Shown here: positions 38,901 to 56,679 of the stretch, piece by piece
Position numbering within the stretch: the first letter of the stretch is position 1
Layout: every line of letters starts with the position of its first letter
Assembly (NCBI GenBank): GCA_001949185.1
Contig: BDGG01000004.1
Location: forward strand, 4,187,777-4,251,776
From: Ramazzottius varieornatus
Lineage: Eukaryota > Animalia > Tardigrada
Length of the DNA stretch: 64,000 bases
Direction of reading: 5' to 3'
Notes under the pieces: generated by a model
The model's input: only the letters and a program-made list of their open reading frames with translations
What the model was told of the DNA's origin: nothing
Database searches by the model: none
Translations under genes and position numbers: made by a program

Positions 38901-39593
38901 TAAAGCTCTTCTCTATGATGATACCGTATGTTCGTTTCATTACAGAGGGACTCGAACAAGTACTACCGCTGGAGAAGCTGCGCCTGTTCACTCCGGAGGA
39001 ACTTCGCACTCATGTCAGCGGAGATCAGGCACCAACGTGGACTCGCAGCGACATAATGCAATTCACTGAACCAAAGCTTGGCTATACGCAAGACAGGTAC
39101 CACGCATTACTCATCCGCCGGTATTTGGAAACCAAGAACTCGACCAGATTGTTTTTCCAAGTAACGCACGTTTCCAGTCAGTGACACTGAAAACGCGCGC
39201 CACTTGAGAAAACAGTCTTGTCGAGTTTGTTTGTTTGCCGAGCTTCCATTTTATGTCAGTCTTCTTATGATGGAATAATATATACTCGCAACTGCTTGTC
39301 TCTCTAGTCCTACCTTCAAGCGTTTCGTGAACGTCCTGGTAAACCTGACGCCCGACGAGCGGAAGGCGTTCGTCTACTTCGTCACGGGATCCTCCAGTCT
39401 ACCTCCCGGTGGTTTGGCCAACCTCTTCCCTCGTCTGACTGTGGTCAAGAAGATCTCCAACACAGAGAACGAGGGCTATCCGTCTGTGAATACGTGTGTT
39501 CACTTCTTGAAGCTACCTGAATACTCATCCGAGCAAATTCTGTACGAGCGTCTGATGGCGGCAACTCGTGAACGCGGATTCTATTATAACTAA
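29922..39593 (+). CDS. HECTD1: E3 ubiquitin-protein ligase HECTD1, multi-exon
   Basis: N-terminus [10 protein letters not shown]...[26 protein letters not shown]; ankyrin repeats ([22 protein letters not shown]); SUN-like domain ([33 protein letters not shown]); [18 protein letters not shown]; HECT domain ([13 protein letters not shown] ... [17 protein letters not shown] ... GFYYN*). Confidence 0.95.
39137..39227. repeat. Intronic palindromic element, copy in last HECTD1 intron
   Basis: aactcgaccagattgtttttccaagtaacgcacg...cgcgcgccacttgagaaaacagtcttgtcgagtt. Confidence 0.82.
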
Positions 39594-39822
39594 AAGCAAT
39601 CTCTCCAGTTCTCCCGTAGTGTTCTAAACTCACACTGTGGTGTACTGCTTTTCCCGTGTGCTGTAGCTTGATGAACTCTTCTCTTCGGTTCTCTCCTGTT
39701 CACGTACTCAGAACTAACCAAAATGCTTTTATCGACTTAAGTGTGACGTATGGAATATTTCGGTTCCGTCATGTACTCATCAGCAAAATCTCTGAGAATT
39801 TGAAACTGAGTTGCATCCCCCC

Positions 39823-39860
39823 TCCATCCATCCATCCATCCATCCATCCATCCATCCATC
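39823..39860. repeat. (TCCA)n tetranucleotide microsatellite, about 9 units
   Basis: tccatccatcca... between the HECTD1 and zinc-finger stop codons. Confidence 0.95.
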
Positions 39861-40052
39861 ATAAGGTGACCATAACACAAAAATTTATTCATGGAAATGA
39901 AGCATAATGTAACAAGGAAAAACAAATGTATGACCAGAACGAGAAAGGGCGCAAGCTAATCGAAGCAAGACGAGAGAAAAGATTTCGTGTTCAGTAAGCG
40001 AAAGCGGAATTTGATCAGCGGGTAAGACGAAGAAAGATACGAGCAGGTCAGG

Positions 40053-43000
40053 TTATATACTGGAATTAGCATTGTTTTCTACTAGACGGGCAATTTTGGT
40101 GCCGGCATAAAAGGCCGAGGTAGTCAGGAAGCAGTTTGGGTCGGCAATGTCATGTACAACGCGGAAGTGCATCAGGAGGACATTCAAGCTGAGAAGCTGC
40201 AGCGCGCACTCCGAGCACTGGAAAGAAGTTTCGCGCGCCGGATGTGCGGTCCGAACATGATCGTGGAAGACTGACGCGCTATCACAGGTAAACAAGGGTC
40301 CATGCACCGACTCGCACACTTTACAGCTGTACCGCGGGTCAGTCAGGTTCCTCTGAAGACGTATATGGGTCTCGTTGGGATGCCTGCTTTCTGCATGGAG
40401 CACGAATTCCTCCTCGGTGGAGCATTCGAATGCACATCCTCGACAGGTATAGTTCGTGCGCCGAGCACGCTTGGGGATGGTCTGAACGAAAGATTCTTCC
40501 TCTGCTGGACGTTTCGATGAATGTAGCCTCTGTAGCTGAGGAGATGGATCGGCGGAAACTCCGTGACCACGGTGAATGACGTTCGGCCTAACGAAAAATC
40601 ATACCATAAGGTCAAGAACACTACTATTCAAAAATAAATACTTCAACATAAACTAATTTTAAAATGCCGAATGAAAGCTCGGCAAAAAAGACCGGGCAAG
40701 ATTATTCTCCAAGTGGCGCACCATTGCAGCGCTTTTGGCTAGAAGCGTGTGTGACTTGGAATGAAATTTTCTGAGCTCGTCTGCCTCAATCCAAATTTCG
40801 AGTAGAATGTTTGCGTGATATCAAAATGGTTAGAAATATAGTTTGAGGCGACATACCTGGAAATCACACTGCGCTGGACAACGTGCGGAGTGCCCGCAAT
40901 CAGGACAGTTTCCACATCTCGTCCACTGGGCCTAACATCACTTTGAGGATTTCCACTGTGTGCGTTTCCGTTACTCGCGCCAGTCCGTTTCTGCGAGCTC
41001 TCAAACTCACTAAAAGTGACGATCCGTTTCCTCTGAGGAGCCTGCATTGAGGAGACTGGCGGTCTGCCTAGGATGGCCTGCAGCTCTCTCTGGTTGGATG
41101 ACGGCTGAGGCACCGAAGACAGGTTCTCGGAATGGTTACTGAGAATATGATCTCGCATCGCCGCTTTGGTCTCATACACCGGCGCATCTGATTGCGGACA
41201 GTAGGTGCACCGATAGGCGAAGAAGTAATTTCTTTGCTGAAGCACTCGTTGACGGCAAATGGCGACGCTCGTCAGATGCTGCATCAGCTCGACTCGGGGT
41301 CCCGTGATCTGTACTCGGCAGACTGGGCAGACGTTCTTTCCGTCTGGCTGCCCGCTGTGCTCGTTGACCAAGTGAGCAAAGTAGTCTTCCTGTTTCGAAG
41401 AGGTGAAGTTACAGTTCACTCCACCACAGGTGAAAGACGAGAACAAGGCACGACACCAGTGGACACATCGGCGCTCCACGTGGCTGGTAATCTCTTCCCG
41501 GGAGGTCAGTTTCAGCCCGCATTCCGGACAGTAGGCAGTCATCGCATCATTCCTGGTCAATCTGCAGAAAAGATTGGGATAAATACTAGTAACTGCGGAA
41601 TTTTAGTCGTGTCTGTAGGGCTACAAACGGAATCATAATTTATTATTCCAATTTTGGCACAAACTCACGGCCAATCGTTTTGGAATTTTTCTACAGTATA
41701 TCCGTGTTTCAATTTTGCAGTTAATACAGATGTAATGATACTGTGACTGCACAAGGAGCTTCTTACCTGTGAAGTTGTTTATGGGCTTCGAAGCTGCAAG
41801 AGTTACAGCAGATGACGTTACAATCTTTGCATTCATACTGCTTCACGCTCTCTGCTGTGTCTTTCAGCCCATCCTTGACTCGTTGGAAGTGATGCGTAAG
41901 ACCCTGGAGACTGTCGAAAGGGGCACAGCAATACGAGCAAACGTTCTTTGCCCCTGTCGGGACGAATCCTTGTGCGGGCGCATCCCTCACCATTCGCTGA
42001 CGGAGTGAGGACTCCAGGACCGGGTGGACATTCTGACTAGTACTCGGTCTACTGCCCGCACTAGGTCGCGCACCAAACGAATTGTTCACTTCCGCATGGA
42101 GAATCTGCCCGACCGAGATCGTGGGTCGCGTGACCACTTTGGTAAGGTCGTTTGCTTTACTGTATTCTTCCTGCATTCGAGCCAAGGCAAGGCTGTGTTG
42201 CTGTCGGAGGCGGAGATGCTGTAGGGCTTCCGCAGCTGACGCGCGAAGTGGACCGGACGTGACCACTGACGGCCGCGGACTCTGTACACTTTGGACATGC
42301 GGCGACGGTGTGGAACGAGTTTCCCCAGGACTGTTCGGTTGGACGTTCACGTTAGTTTTCGGCGTAGATTCGAGCATGTTGAACAGAAGTCTGTTAGCCG
42401 TAACCGGTGAGGAAACAGGCTTCGTTTGTGGAGTGAGAGGACTTTGTGAAGTGGAAGGACTTGAGTTGTTTGGGGATTGTGTGGACTGAATTAGATAACT
42501 TCGGTTGATCAACTGACCGACTGTTAGTTTAGGGGAGGCACTTTGAGTATTTTGTGGAATGGTTTCAGCATCCGTAAGGAGAGTGGAAGGTTTTACTGGA
42601 AGAGGGGACGATGGAAGGGTAGGGCTACCAGGCACTAAAGCGGCAGGAGGACTGGGAGGAGGCTTCACAATGTCCTCGCTAGTCTCTGCCACGGTCAATA
42701 TGAACCCTTTACAGTCCTTGACAGTATAGCCATGAGACTTGACATGGTCCTTGACCTGGCAGACATTCGAGAATGGCAGGATGTCTTTGCAATGCGAGCA
42801 GCGCAGACGGTACGCCACGATACCGCGGTAAAAGTGGTCGGAGAAGATGTTGCGGAAGACAAACGAAGAATCACATCCCCCGCAGCGATACAGTGTCATT
42901 TTTGGTCCAAATACCGATATCAGAACTTCTTTTGAACTTTCTGCAGAAAAAGTTGTCGGGTGAGTTCTAGAGCGACATACGTTGACTATTCGCGTGTGAC

Positions 43001-44512
43001 AGTAATTAAGTCAGGCAGCGAGTGAGGCCACTAACCTATTTCGAGAGGATTCAATGGGGGCTCGTCAAGGCTCAGAAAGGCCAAAGCACTCTCGAAAGTC
43101 GAGAATCCCAAGTTGGGCTCTTGGATGGCTGCGAAGCGGGCTTTCTGAAAACAGGCGGGGGAGGGTGGGGTGGGAACCAACCGACTGACCACTTCCACTT
43201 GGATACCTAGGGCGGAGGATGCGGCGGCAGTCATCGCTTCGGCTGATGGAACTTGGCTTCCGTTTGGGTAGACTGACTTGTTGACTTCTCGTCCGGAATC
43301 CGAAAAAACTGAAAAATCAACAAGCATCTGTCAATACTGAGTAATATGTTACACTGCATTGGTACACTAAAATGGGAGTTCGCCATATAAATTAGACAAA
43401 ATCATTTTCCCAAGTGGCGCATGTGTTCAGTGTTTATCGACTGCAAGCGTGCGCCACTTGGAAAACGATCTTATCGAGTTTGTGCGCCAAAATCTCAACT
43501 CTCACATCGAAAAAACTTTTCTCTAAAGAAGTCCTTATCGAGGAGGAACACAACATCAAGTTGTAAACCCGCTGAAGTTGATCTACCGACAGGGTAGTAC
43601 CCAGAGACATAAAAAAAGTTATGTCGATTGACAGGATAAGGATACATATATCGTGTATCGTACTGTACCTCGTGGACGTGGTGGAGGCATTAAGCTTCTT
43701 TCATTACCCGTGGCGTTACTTCGCGATATGGCTGCCAGCCGTGAAACAGATGGCGATTTTTGTTCTTCATCGTCTTCCAGGGGCAACATCGGAATAGAAT
43801 CTCGCGTGATCTTGGCGAGTTCAGAGATTTTGGCTAACGTGTCTGGGTCATGCTTCGTCCTTGAACGCTCTGACATCGGGTCCGAGTGAATCTTGTACTC
43901 CCGATGCTTCGGTGAATCCGAGCGATTCGGCGTTGGTGGAGCAGGTAACGGTGGTGCGAAGCGAAGAGGGCGATTTGGTGAAGAGTTCGATGGGGATCTG
44001 ACTACGGAAGATCTTTGATGAAGATTGACAGGCATCTGCCCGAACGTTTTCTGCATTGAACTGCGTTGAGCAAGTGACGCGTAGCTCGGTGGATTCCTTA
44101 TACTTGGCTGGATCGTTCGTTGCGGGCCTATTGGGTTTCCAGGCCTTTCTGGTAGTCTGAATGTGGAGGGTGAGCCATTGCTTGTGGTTGTAGACATAGA
44201 TGTTGGAAGTGTACTTCTTCCATTCTGTGGTCGTGTTTCCATGCTGATGGCGCCTGTCCTGTGGATAACGCTCCGACCGAAATTTCCATTAAGATTCTGT
44301 GAAGGGGGAGGCTGCTGGAAGTTTCGGTATGCGGAGATACTCCGAAGGTCCGATGATATGAGACGATTAGGCTGATTCTTGGCGAAGATAGCGTCCAGCT
44401 TGGAAGTGTGCGCTGATGAGCTGGGTGGTCCATCTGACGATGAGGCATGCGAAGAACGGTGTGGTTCAGGTAGAGGAGATTCCATCCTTCGTCCTAATGT
44501 CTGGAAGTCCAT
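40053..44512 (-). CDS. C2H2 zinc-finger protein, ZNF532/ZNF592/ZNF687 family, multi-exon
   Basis: Low-complexity S/P-rich N-terminus, then the family-type finger series YRCGGCDSSF..FSDHFYR..LRCSHCKDILPFSNVCQVKDHVKSH, CSYC..LTHHFQ, ECKDC..NSCSFEAHKQLH, YCPECG..HVERRCVHWCR, and further C2H2 fingers to 40053. The start ATG at 44512 is inferred. Confidence 0.8.
40693..40772. repeat. Intronic palindromic element, degenerate copy in zinc-finger gene intron
   Basis: caagattattctccaagtggcgcac ... gcgtgtgtgacttggaatgaaattttct. Confidence 0.68.
43389..43481. repeat. Intronic palindromic element, copy in zinc-finger gene intron
   Basis: aaattagacaaaatcattttcccaagtggcgcatg...cgtgcgccacttggaaaacgatcttatcgagttt. 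Confidence 0.85.
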
Positions 44513-47500
44513 GTGGAAGTTCAGTCCCTGAAACCACACAAAAAGTCAAAAGATACACTTGGAGAAAACACAAAGTGATTAATGTAAACCCGTGTAGAAG
44601 CAAGCAGTCATCTGTCTGATGTGAAGAACTGAAAATCGTGACATATTCGATCAAGACTGTCAGGGTTCAACTGTTCAACCAATCAATGGTACAATTCCCT
44701 TGCATCTCAAGGTGTCGCAAGACTCTCGCATGACATGACAGTATGTCAGCGCTGCCAAGCTCGATTCTTTCGTGACCTTTTGTACTCGCCATCTTACTTT
44801 GGAAACGCCCAGAATGTTTCTGTTTTGTCTGAGAGCTCTCCGATGCTTCTCCAGAGATTTTTCTCCCCGTAGTTGGTTGATCTTGGTGTATGCAAAAACA
44901 AAAATTCCGAATGCCTGTTTCTGACTTGTCAAAGTGGTCAAATTCACTTATCCAGTGTTACCAAACTTCTTTGCTCAATGCATGAATCTAAAGTGGGGCA
45001 TCAAGCCACCTCAGTTCTTCCTTGCGGTGCTGTCGGTAGCGATAGCGGATGCCCGTCAGCGGAGCGTGGCTGTTTACTTGCAGTTTTGTACGTTTCGTTT
45101 TCGCAAACGGTCATCCGCATCCGCTGCTGACGGCACTCGAAAGGAAGAACGCAGGTTCAATATCGTCCATTGAGTGAAGAAGTTTGTTGTCACAAACTAT
45201 GCTGAAGTCCATGCGCGGTCCGTTGTTCTGGAAGACCACTCGGCAGACGCTCGTACTTCTATAGCCATCTCCCGAATGATAAACCGAACTGTTACTGTCT
45301 AAAAGCGCACCTGTCGCCCCCCAGTTTGTAATACTGTAACAGGAAAATCTCACCGGTCGTCTAATTTGAAGTGGCTGAGACCGTGTGGCTGATGTTGGGT
45401 CCCACAGTGGATCACGAAGCCTCTGCCCTATTCTGCAAGTGCCATCTGTTCTACCTGCTCCTGCCTGTGCGGGAGGATGAGGGTGTTTCCCAGACCGAAA
45501 ATAGTTCTAGTGCAAACAGCTGACTTACATCCCTATTGCTGTGTGGTGGATCGTGCTAGCGCAACTGGGCTCGTACTACAGATTACTTGTGCCTAATTTA
45601 TACTTACTCGCGGGTAGGTTGAGGTTCCTGGATTATACATCGCGCAGGTCCGACGACGATATTCACAACGAGATAGAAAGAGAGACAGAGACTTTTATTC
45701 GGTATCCTATGTAGGTTACTTAAACAAGAATTTCACAGTTTTTACGCTCGATTGCTATCGTATACGTGCAGCGTGCAGAAAGTGGCGTACGAGCGATGCT
45801 CCTCCGCTACATGCAGCATATCAGACACTCGAACTCTCACAGAGTCGTGCGGTCAAAACGCTATCTCCATATGTCAGTATCTAGTAGATTTTAGCACAAA
45901 CTGTTTGGGGGACTGTGTACATGTGAGCGGAAGTTTATAGGCCATAGAACGCATGACCGATTTATCCTTTGGGTGGCAGCTAGTGTGCGATTACCATGTA
46001 CCTGCTTAATTGTCAAGTTTTATGCACATGTCCACAGAGCGTCTAGCTGTCACATGGGCCCTATATAGCGACGGTTCTAACTGTGCCAGCGAATGAGAAA
46101 CTAGGCGAGAATATCTAATGCTGTAATGATCACCAACAACTTGTGACGGAAGTAATTTCCCCCCAGGACACCATCCTTCATAACAGATACGTGGCGCAGT
46201 ACTGCACGGAGGACCGACGGACAGCGCAGTAGCCCCATCGCATACCAGTATACCGGTTCTGTACCGGGTTTCTATAACAACGTGAAAGATCGCAGTGTGG
46301 TAGAACTAGTTTAGCTAGCTGTCTAAAGTCCAAGCGGCGGGAAACGCCCTGCATTCAATAACAACCTCTGACCCTGTGCGTTCTCGAGATGCAGCTGCAG
46401 ACATGTAACTCTGCTTCGCTTGTCGAAATGCATTGCAAGCTCAGCTAAAGCGGCGTCTCGTATCAATCAACACCATGCCTTTGTCGGCGGTGTTTTAAGA
46501 TTTGCAGGATGGCCCTATTGCGCTTCATCACCACCACGTCCCGATATGGGCCACGGTCCTTGCGTAAAAAATGACCCACTCTCGTTCATTCCCGATCGGT
46601 CAGATCGCTTGGAACTGGGCATCGAGCAGAACAATGAGTAGTAAAGCTGCGGTGGGAGGTACAGATTTATTATGGGGTCAAGACCCAGGACGAGTGTAAC
46701 GATACGACGCTCGTGGCGGCGCGAATTAGTCGATCTCGATTGCACGCGAGTTTTTAGCGAGGGCTTGACAGTATTGTGGCATGGAAGGCTTAGCACAAGC
46801 TATAGAAAGAGAACCTGGAGAATAACACTGTACGGTATTACATAATGGCAGACTAAATATTCGCAAATGACATCGAAAGAAATGCTAAACAGATTCGGGA
46901 AGGTTGACCCTTCGAAAGCGACACTCAAATATTTCGGCGTTTCTGAACAAGAGAAGCATCAGACATCAGCTAGATGAGCAAGGATTATAGTTGTTCGGGT
47001 CCTCTATACGTTCAGACGTTTTCAAACTACTTGGATTTTGAATCGGCTGTCCTGCCTCACCATCTTTCGCTCAGAACTTGCAGGAATTCGAAAAGAATCA
47101 ACCCGGAAAATTGAGTCTTCAAGAGTGTATCGCCACCTGCCGACCCATTTTTTCAGTCGATGACATCACTAATGTTACTCGTTGGTGCTTTGTTGATGCC
47201 ATGATGTTATGTCATTCTTTGAAAATGCTAGTTCTCTAACAGTTCTGAGCTTCTGATGGACTCGTGAGTCGTATTTTCTCCGAACTTAGTTCACGTGCTT
47301 GCATCTTCGAAACTCTTGGAACTGCGCGGGAGCAGAGCGGCGAGGTCTGGAGCGTTGGCTCGAAACAGAATCGGATCGTCGCAGTTGCTGGAGACTACGC
47401 CCGAGCAGACTGCACACGCCTGCTGATTATCTGCGTTCATACGGGATTCGTCATCCGATGACGGGGGGCAGAAGATGCGGAGTAATCAAGCGCGAAGGAA

Positions 47501-47700
47501 TCCGATCTGACATTCGCTCGTTATTGGCACTTATTGGAACAGCAAACTAGCTGCTGCGAAGTTGCAGAGTTGCGACAGCTGACGATCGGTTCAGTCTCGA
47601 TGATCCACAGTGAGTAAAAAGATAGAATGGATGTTTCTGACGAGTTCTTCTTCCATATCGCATACTTTCTATATGTTCTCCCCAAATTGATATCTTTCTA

Positions 47701-53206
<5,506 letters not shown>

Positions 53207-53800
53207 CCTTCCAGTAAGAGTGCTGGTCACCGTCTTTTTTCTGATGTTCAACGAAACTTCGGGTTGTTGAAGTGTGCTTGTTTTGACCTAATGTTCCTGT
53301 ACAAGTTTCTGATGCATGCTTGCCGTTTCAAGTTTTAATTTTTTGCCTGTAATTTTCCGGTCGATAACTTTTACCTTCTAGATCTCCGCCTGACAAACCT
53401 AGCTCATCAGCTAAATCGTGCCGGAATTCATCTTGAAAATTAGTATTTTTGAAAAACTTAATCTGACATGTTCGGCGCGATTGGTCCAAGCCGTGCAAGG
53501 ATGTGTCAATTTGACAGTAGTAAACGCCCGAGGGAAGACCCGGAAGCTTCACGTACTTGACGTGAGTTCCTCCAGGCTGTTTTATCTTTGGGGTAGCGCA
53601 TATTTATCGCCAGTGCTCGAGAAATGCATGGTGAATCAAAACTTGCCATGGGTATTTTTTTTCAGTAATTACCGCAGATTTATGCCGAGTTAATGTTCTG
53701 ATTGCCTTTGTTTCTCATGTATGGCCAGATTTCACATGAATTACTTCTGGATGGTAGAAAGAGTTCTTCTTGATTCGGACTTGCTAAATTATACGCCAAA

Positions 53801-56465
53801 ATGGACACCATAGATTCAGTCCATATAGAGAAGGTGGACGACGCAGACCCGGTTCCTCGCCGTGTATCCTTTCAACAACAGAAGTCCCTCGCCGAACGGA
53901 CGAGGGCTAAACTGAGCGTGAACCCCAAACTGATTTCGTTGAAGTTATGCATGCTCTTTTTTCTTGGTGGTAAGCTTGGCCAAGCCACAATCTTATACTG
54001 CTCGATATTGCCTCTGACTGAAAGCTGTTTGTACTGCAGGCATGACGTCTCTGTTACCGTTCCTGACGATCCACATGAAATCCATCGGCCTAACACTGAC
54101 GGAAATTGCTGTCATCTATGCTGTATTACCGTTTGTCTCTTTTGTGGGACCGCCGGTCGGTGGAGGTGAGCATCCTTGATTTTAACCAAACACATCATAT
54201 TACTTACGATGCTTCTTCCGAGTGTTTCTGTTTACCGTTGTGCCGGTTTCAGCCATCGCCGATAAGGTGGGGAATTATAAGCTGGTCTTTGTCATCTACG
54301 CTTTCCTGAACGCGATCACCCACCTGCTAATATGGTTCGCCGTACCGTCAGCGCTTCCCACAATACTCAGTTCGAAAGCGGATCTTCCCCTCCTGAACCT
54401 CCACGTTCCATGCGGCAGCTCGTATCTAAACTCATCGATCTCCATGACCGGTTTAACTTTCAACGACTCCTGCAAGTTCGAACCTTATGCTCGTAACGGA
54501 TTCAACTTGCGGTTCCGACAATGTTTATCGCACTGTGGCGCGCAAGAACAACCTAGAATCTGTTTAATTGGACCTTCTGGCGAACAGCCGACGGACTGCT
54601 GGCCTGTTACAGATTTCGAGAAGCGCCACTTATCAAACGGAGCAATGCAAGTCAAGAACAAAAGCTTTTTGATGGCCAATTTTAGCGCCGAAGAAGGACA
54701 GCCCGTGTCGCACTTGGCATGTCTCCTCCCAAGTACAACCAAGAAATGTTCGGTCACTTGTACGGTGGAGTCCGATCAACAAGTGATGTGCCAGACCAAG
54801 GTCCCGGCGAAGAACCGTTCAACAATGCTAGCTCTGTACGTCATCTTCCGCTTCCTGGCCGGCATAACGTTGAACACGTTCGGTCCGATGCTGGACGCCA
54901 TCGCTTTTACAATGGCGAAGCAGCATAGAGGTGACTTGGGTTTCCAGAGGATGTTTTCGTTGATCGGCATGGCGGCCTTTCCTCCAGTGTCAGGGTACTT
55001 TGTCGGCTTGGCCTCTCGCAACAACGGCTTCCAGGATTTCTCCCCGGCCTTCTACTTCTTCGGAACGTGCTTCATACTTGGCGGACTCATCGCACTGACG
55101 TTCGACCTGAAGGCGAAGATTCCCAAGGAAGAAATCGCGAAGAACGCAGCGAAGATCCTGCGCAGACCACGAGTATTCGTCTTCGTAGTTATGATGTTTT
55201 TAACTGGATGCATGTGGGGCTTCTTGGAAAAGTAAGTTCTTGACGTCATCGGTCTTACTTACTGACGGAATAATACTTCAAACGTTTTTCTAGCTATCTC
55301 TTCATCTTCATGGAGGAACTCGGATCTCCGAAATGGGTAAAGCAAGCCGAATTACTGTCAGTTATTGCTAGCTCACTTACAGACTTGTCTTTTTCTTTTT
55401 CAAGCTGCTGGGAATGACTAACACCGTGTCCTCGCTGTCTGCCATCCCGGTGGTCGCTTCTTCGATCTTTCTCATCAAGCATATTGGCAACGCTAACCTC
55501 ATGTAAGTAAAGCCGAAAGGTTGACCAACATTTTCGTCTTTTCTTTCACTGTTCTGCGTTTTGGTTCAAGTATTTTCAGGCAGTGTTTCGGGCTTTCTAG
55601 AATATTAGCGTGTATCCTGTTTGGATCGCGGTTCCTGGCGTATTCCTTCATCTACAACCCGTATCATATACTACCTGTGGAAGTTTTGGAATCGTTTACC
55701 ACCTCCCTGTTGTGGGTGGTGTCGTCAGTGTATTGTGGTAAAATCGCGCCGGATTATCTGGCGACTGTGCAGGGCATCGTGGGCGCAGCTCACGCAGCCG
55801 TCGGTAATTAAGTTACTTTGAGGTCATATCTCTCTTCGTAGATTTCTAACGCTTTTAACACTGTGAAATCGAACAATCTCATTTAAGGTCGAGGAGTTGG
55901 AAGCCTGATTGGAGGGGTGATGTTCGAGCATTTCAAGCCTAGAAGATCCTACCAAATATGGGCGGGGTTCTGTTTCAGCGTTGCTCTACTCTACGCTATT
56001 GTCCAGTACGCTTTCCTACGGAAGCGTTCATCCAGACCGAAGATTCGTCCATCATTGCCAGAGATTAAAGGTTAGTTTTCTTCTTCACTACCACGGACGG
56101 CAACATAATACAATGCAGAAAGTTCGTGCCTTCTCGTGATCACGTGGTGTAATGCAACTATCAATGGCACGCTGCACCGCGTGACCACGAGAAGGCATGA
56201 CTTTCTTCATTGTATCTGAACCATGACATTTGCAGAAGAAGAACCTGAGATGGATGGGGAGTACCCGCTGTCGACTGAAGACGAAAAGGGTTTGGAAGAA
56301 GCAGCCGAAGTTGATGCTATGCTGATAAAATCGTCAGCTGGCAACGCTTACATGCCTTTGGATCGACTGCGTGCCACAGTTGAGGATCAGTCCAGCGACC
56401 TCAAAGTAACGAATGGGCATGCCATATATCGACCGAAAAGAGAAGCGATTGACCCGGTTGTCTAA
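53801..56465 (+). CDS. MFSD6: Major facilitator superfamily domain-containing protein 6-like transporter, multi-exon
   Basis: VNPKLISLK..LLPFLTIHMKSIGL..IADKVGNYK, large Cys-rich loop, MLDAIAF..GDLGFQRMFSLIG, GCMWGFLE, RFLAYSFIYNP..EVLESFT..ATVQGIVGAAH..GRGVGSLIGG; multiple TM helices. Confidence 0.85.
56117..56206 (+). other. ~35-bp-stem hairpin in last MFSD6 intron (pre-miRNA-like or solitary MITE)
   Basis: agaaagttcgtgccttctcgtgatcacgtggtgta / tgcaccgcgtgaccacgagaaggcatgactttct, loop about 21 nt. Confidence 0.55.
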
Positions 56466-56679
56466 TCGAAAGACTATCCATTCTTCATACAGTAACTTCG
56501 ACTTTATTAATTTGTTGAATGTGTAAATGGTTTCATGTGCCACTCGCCAGGAACTCGGAATCACATTTCTTGTAAAAAGCCAACGCCAATAAGAGAATCA
56601 GGGAAGTAAATCAACAAATCAGTCATGTGAATCAACCAAAAGAATCAATCAGTCACATTCTGGGGAAATCGGGAAGTTT

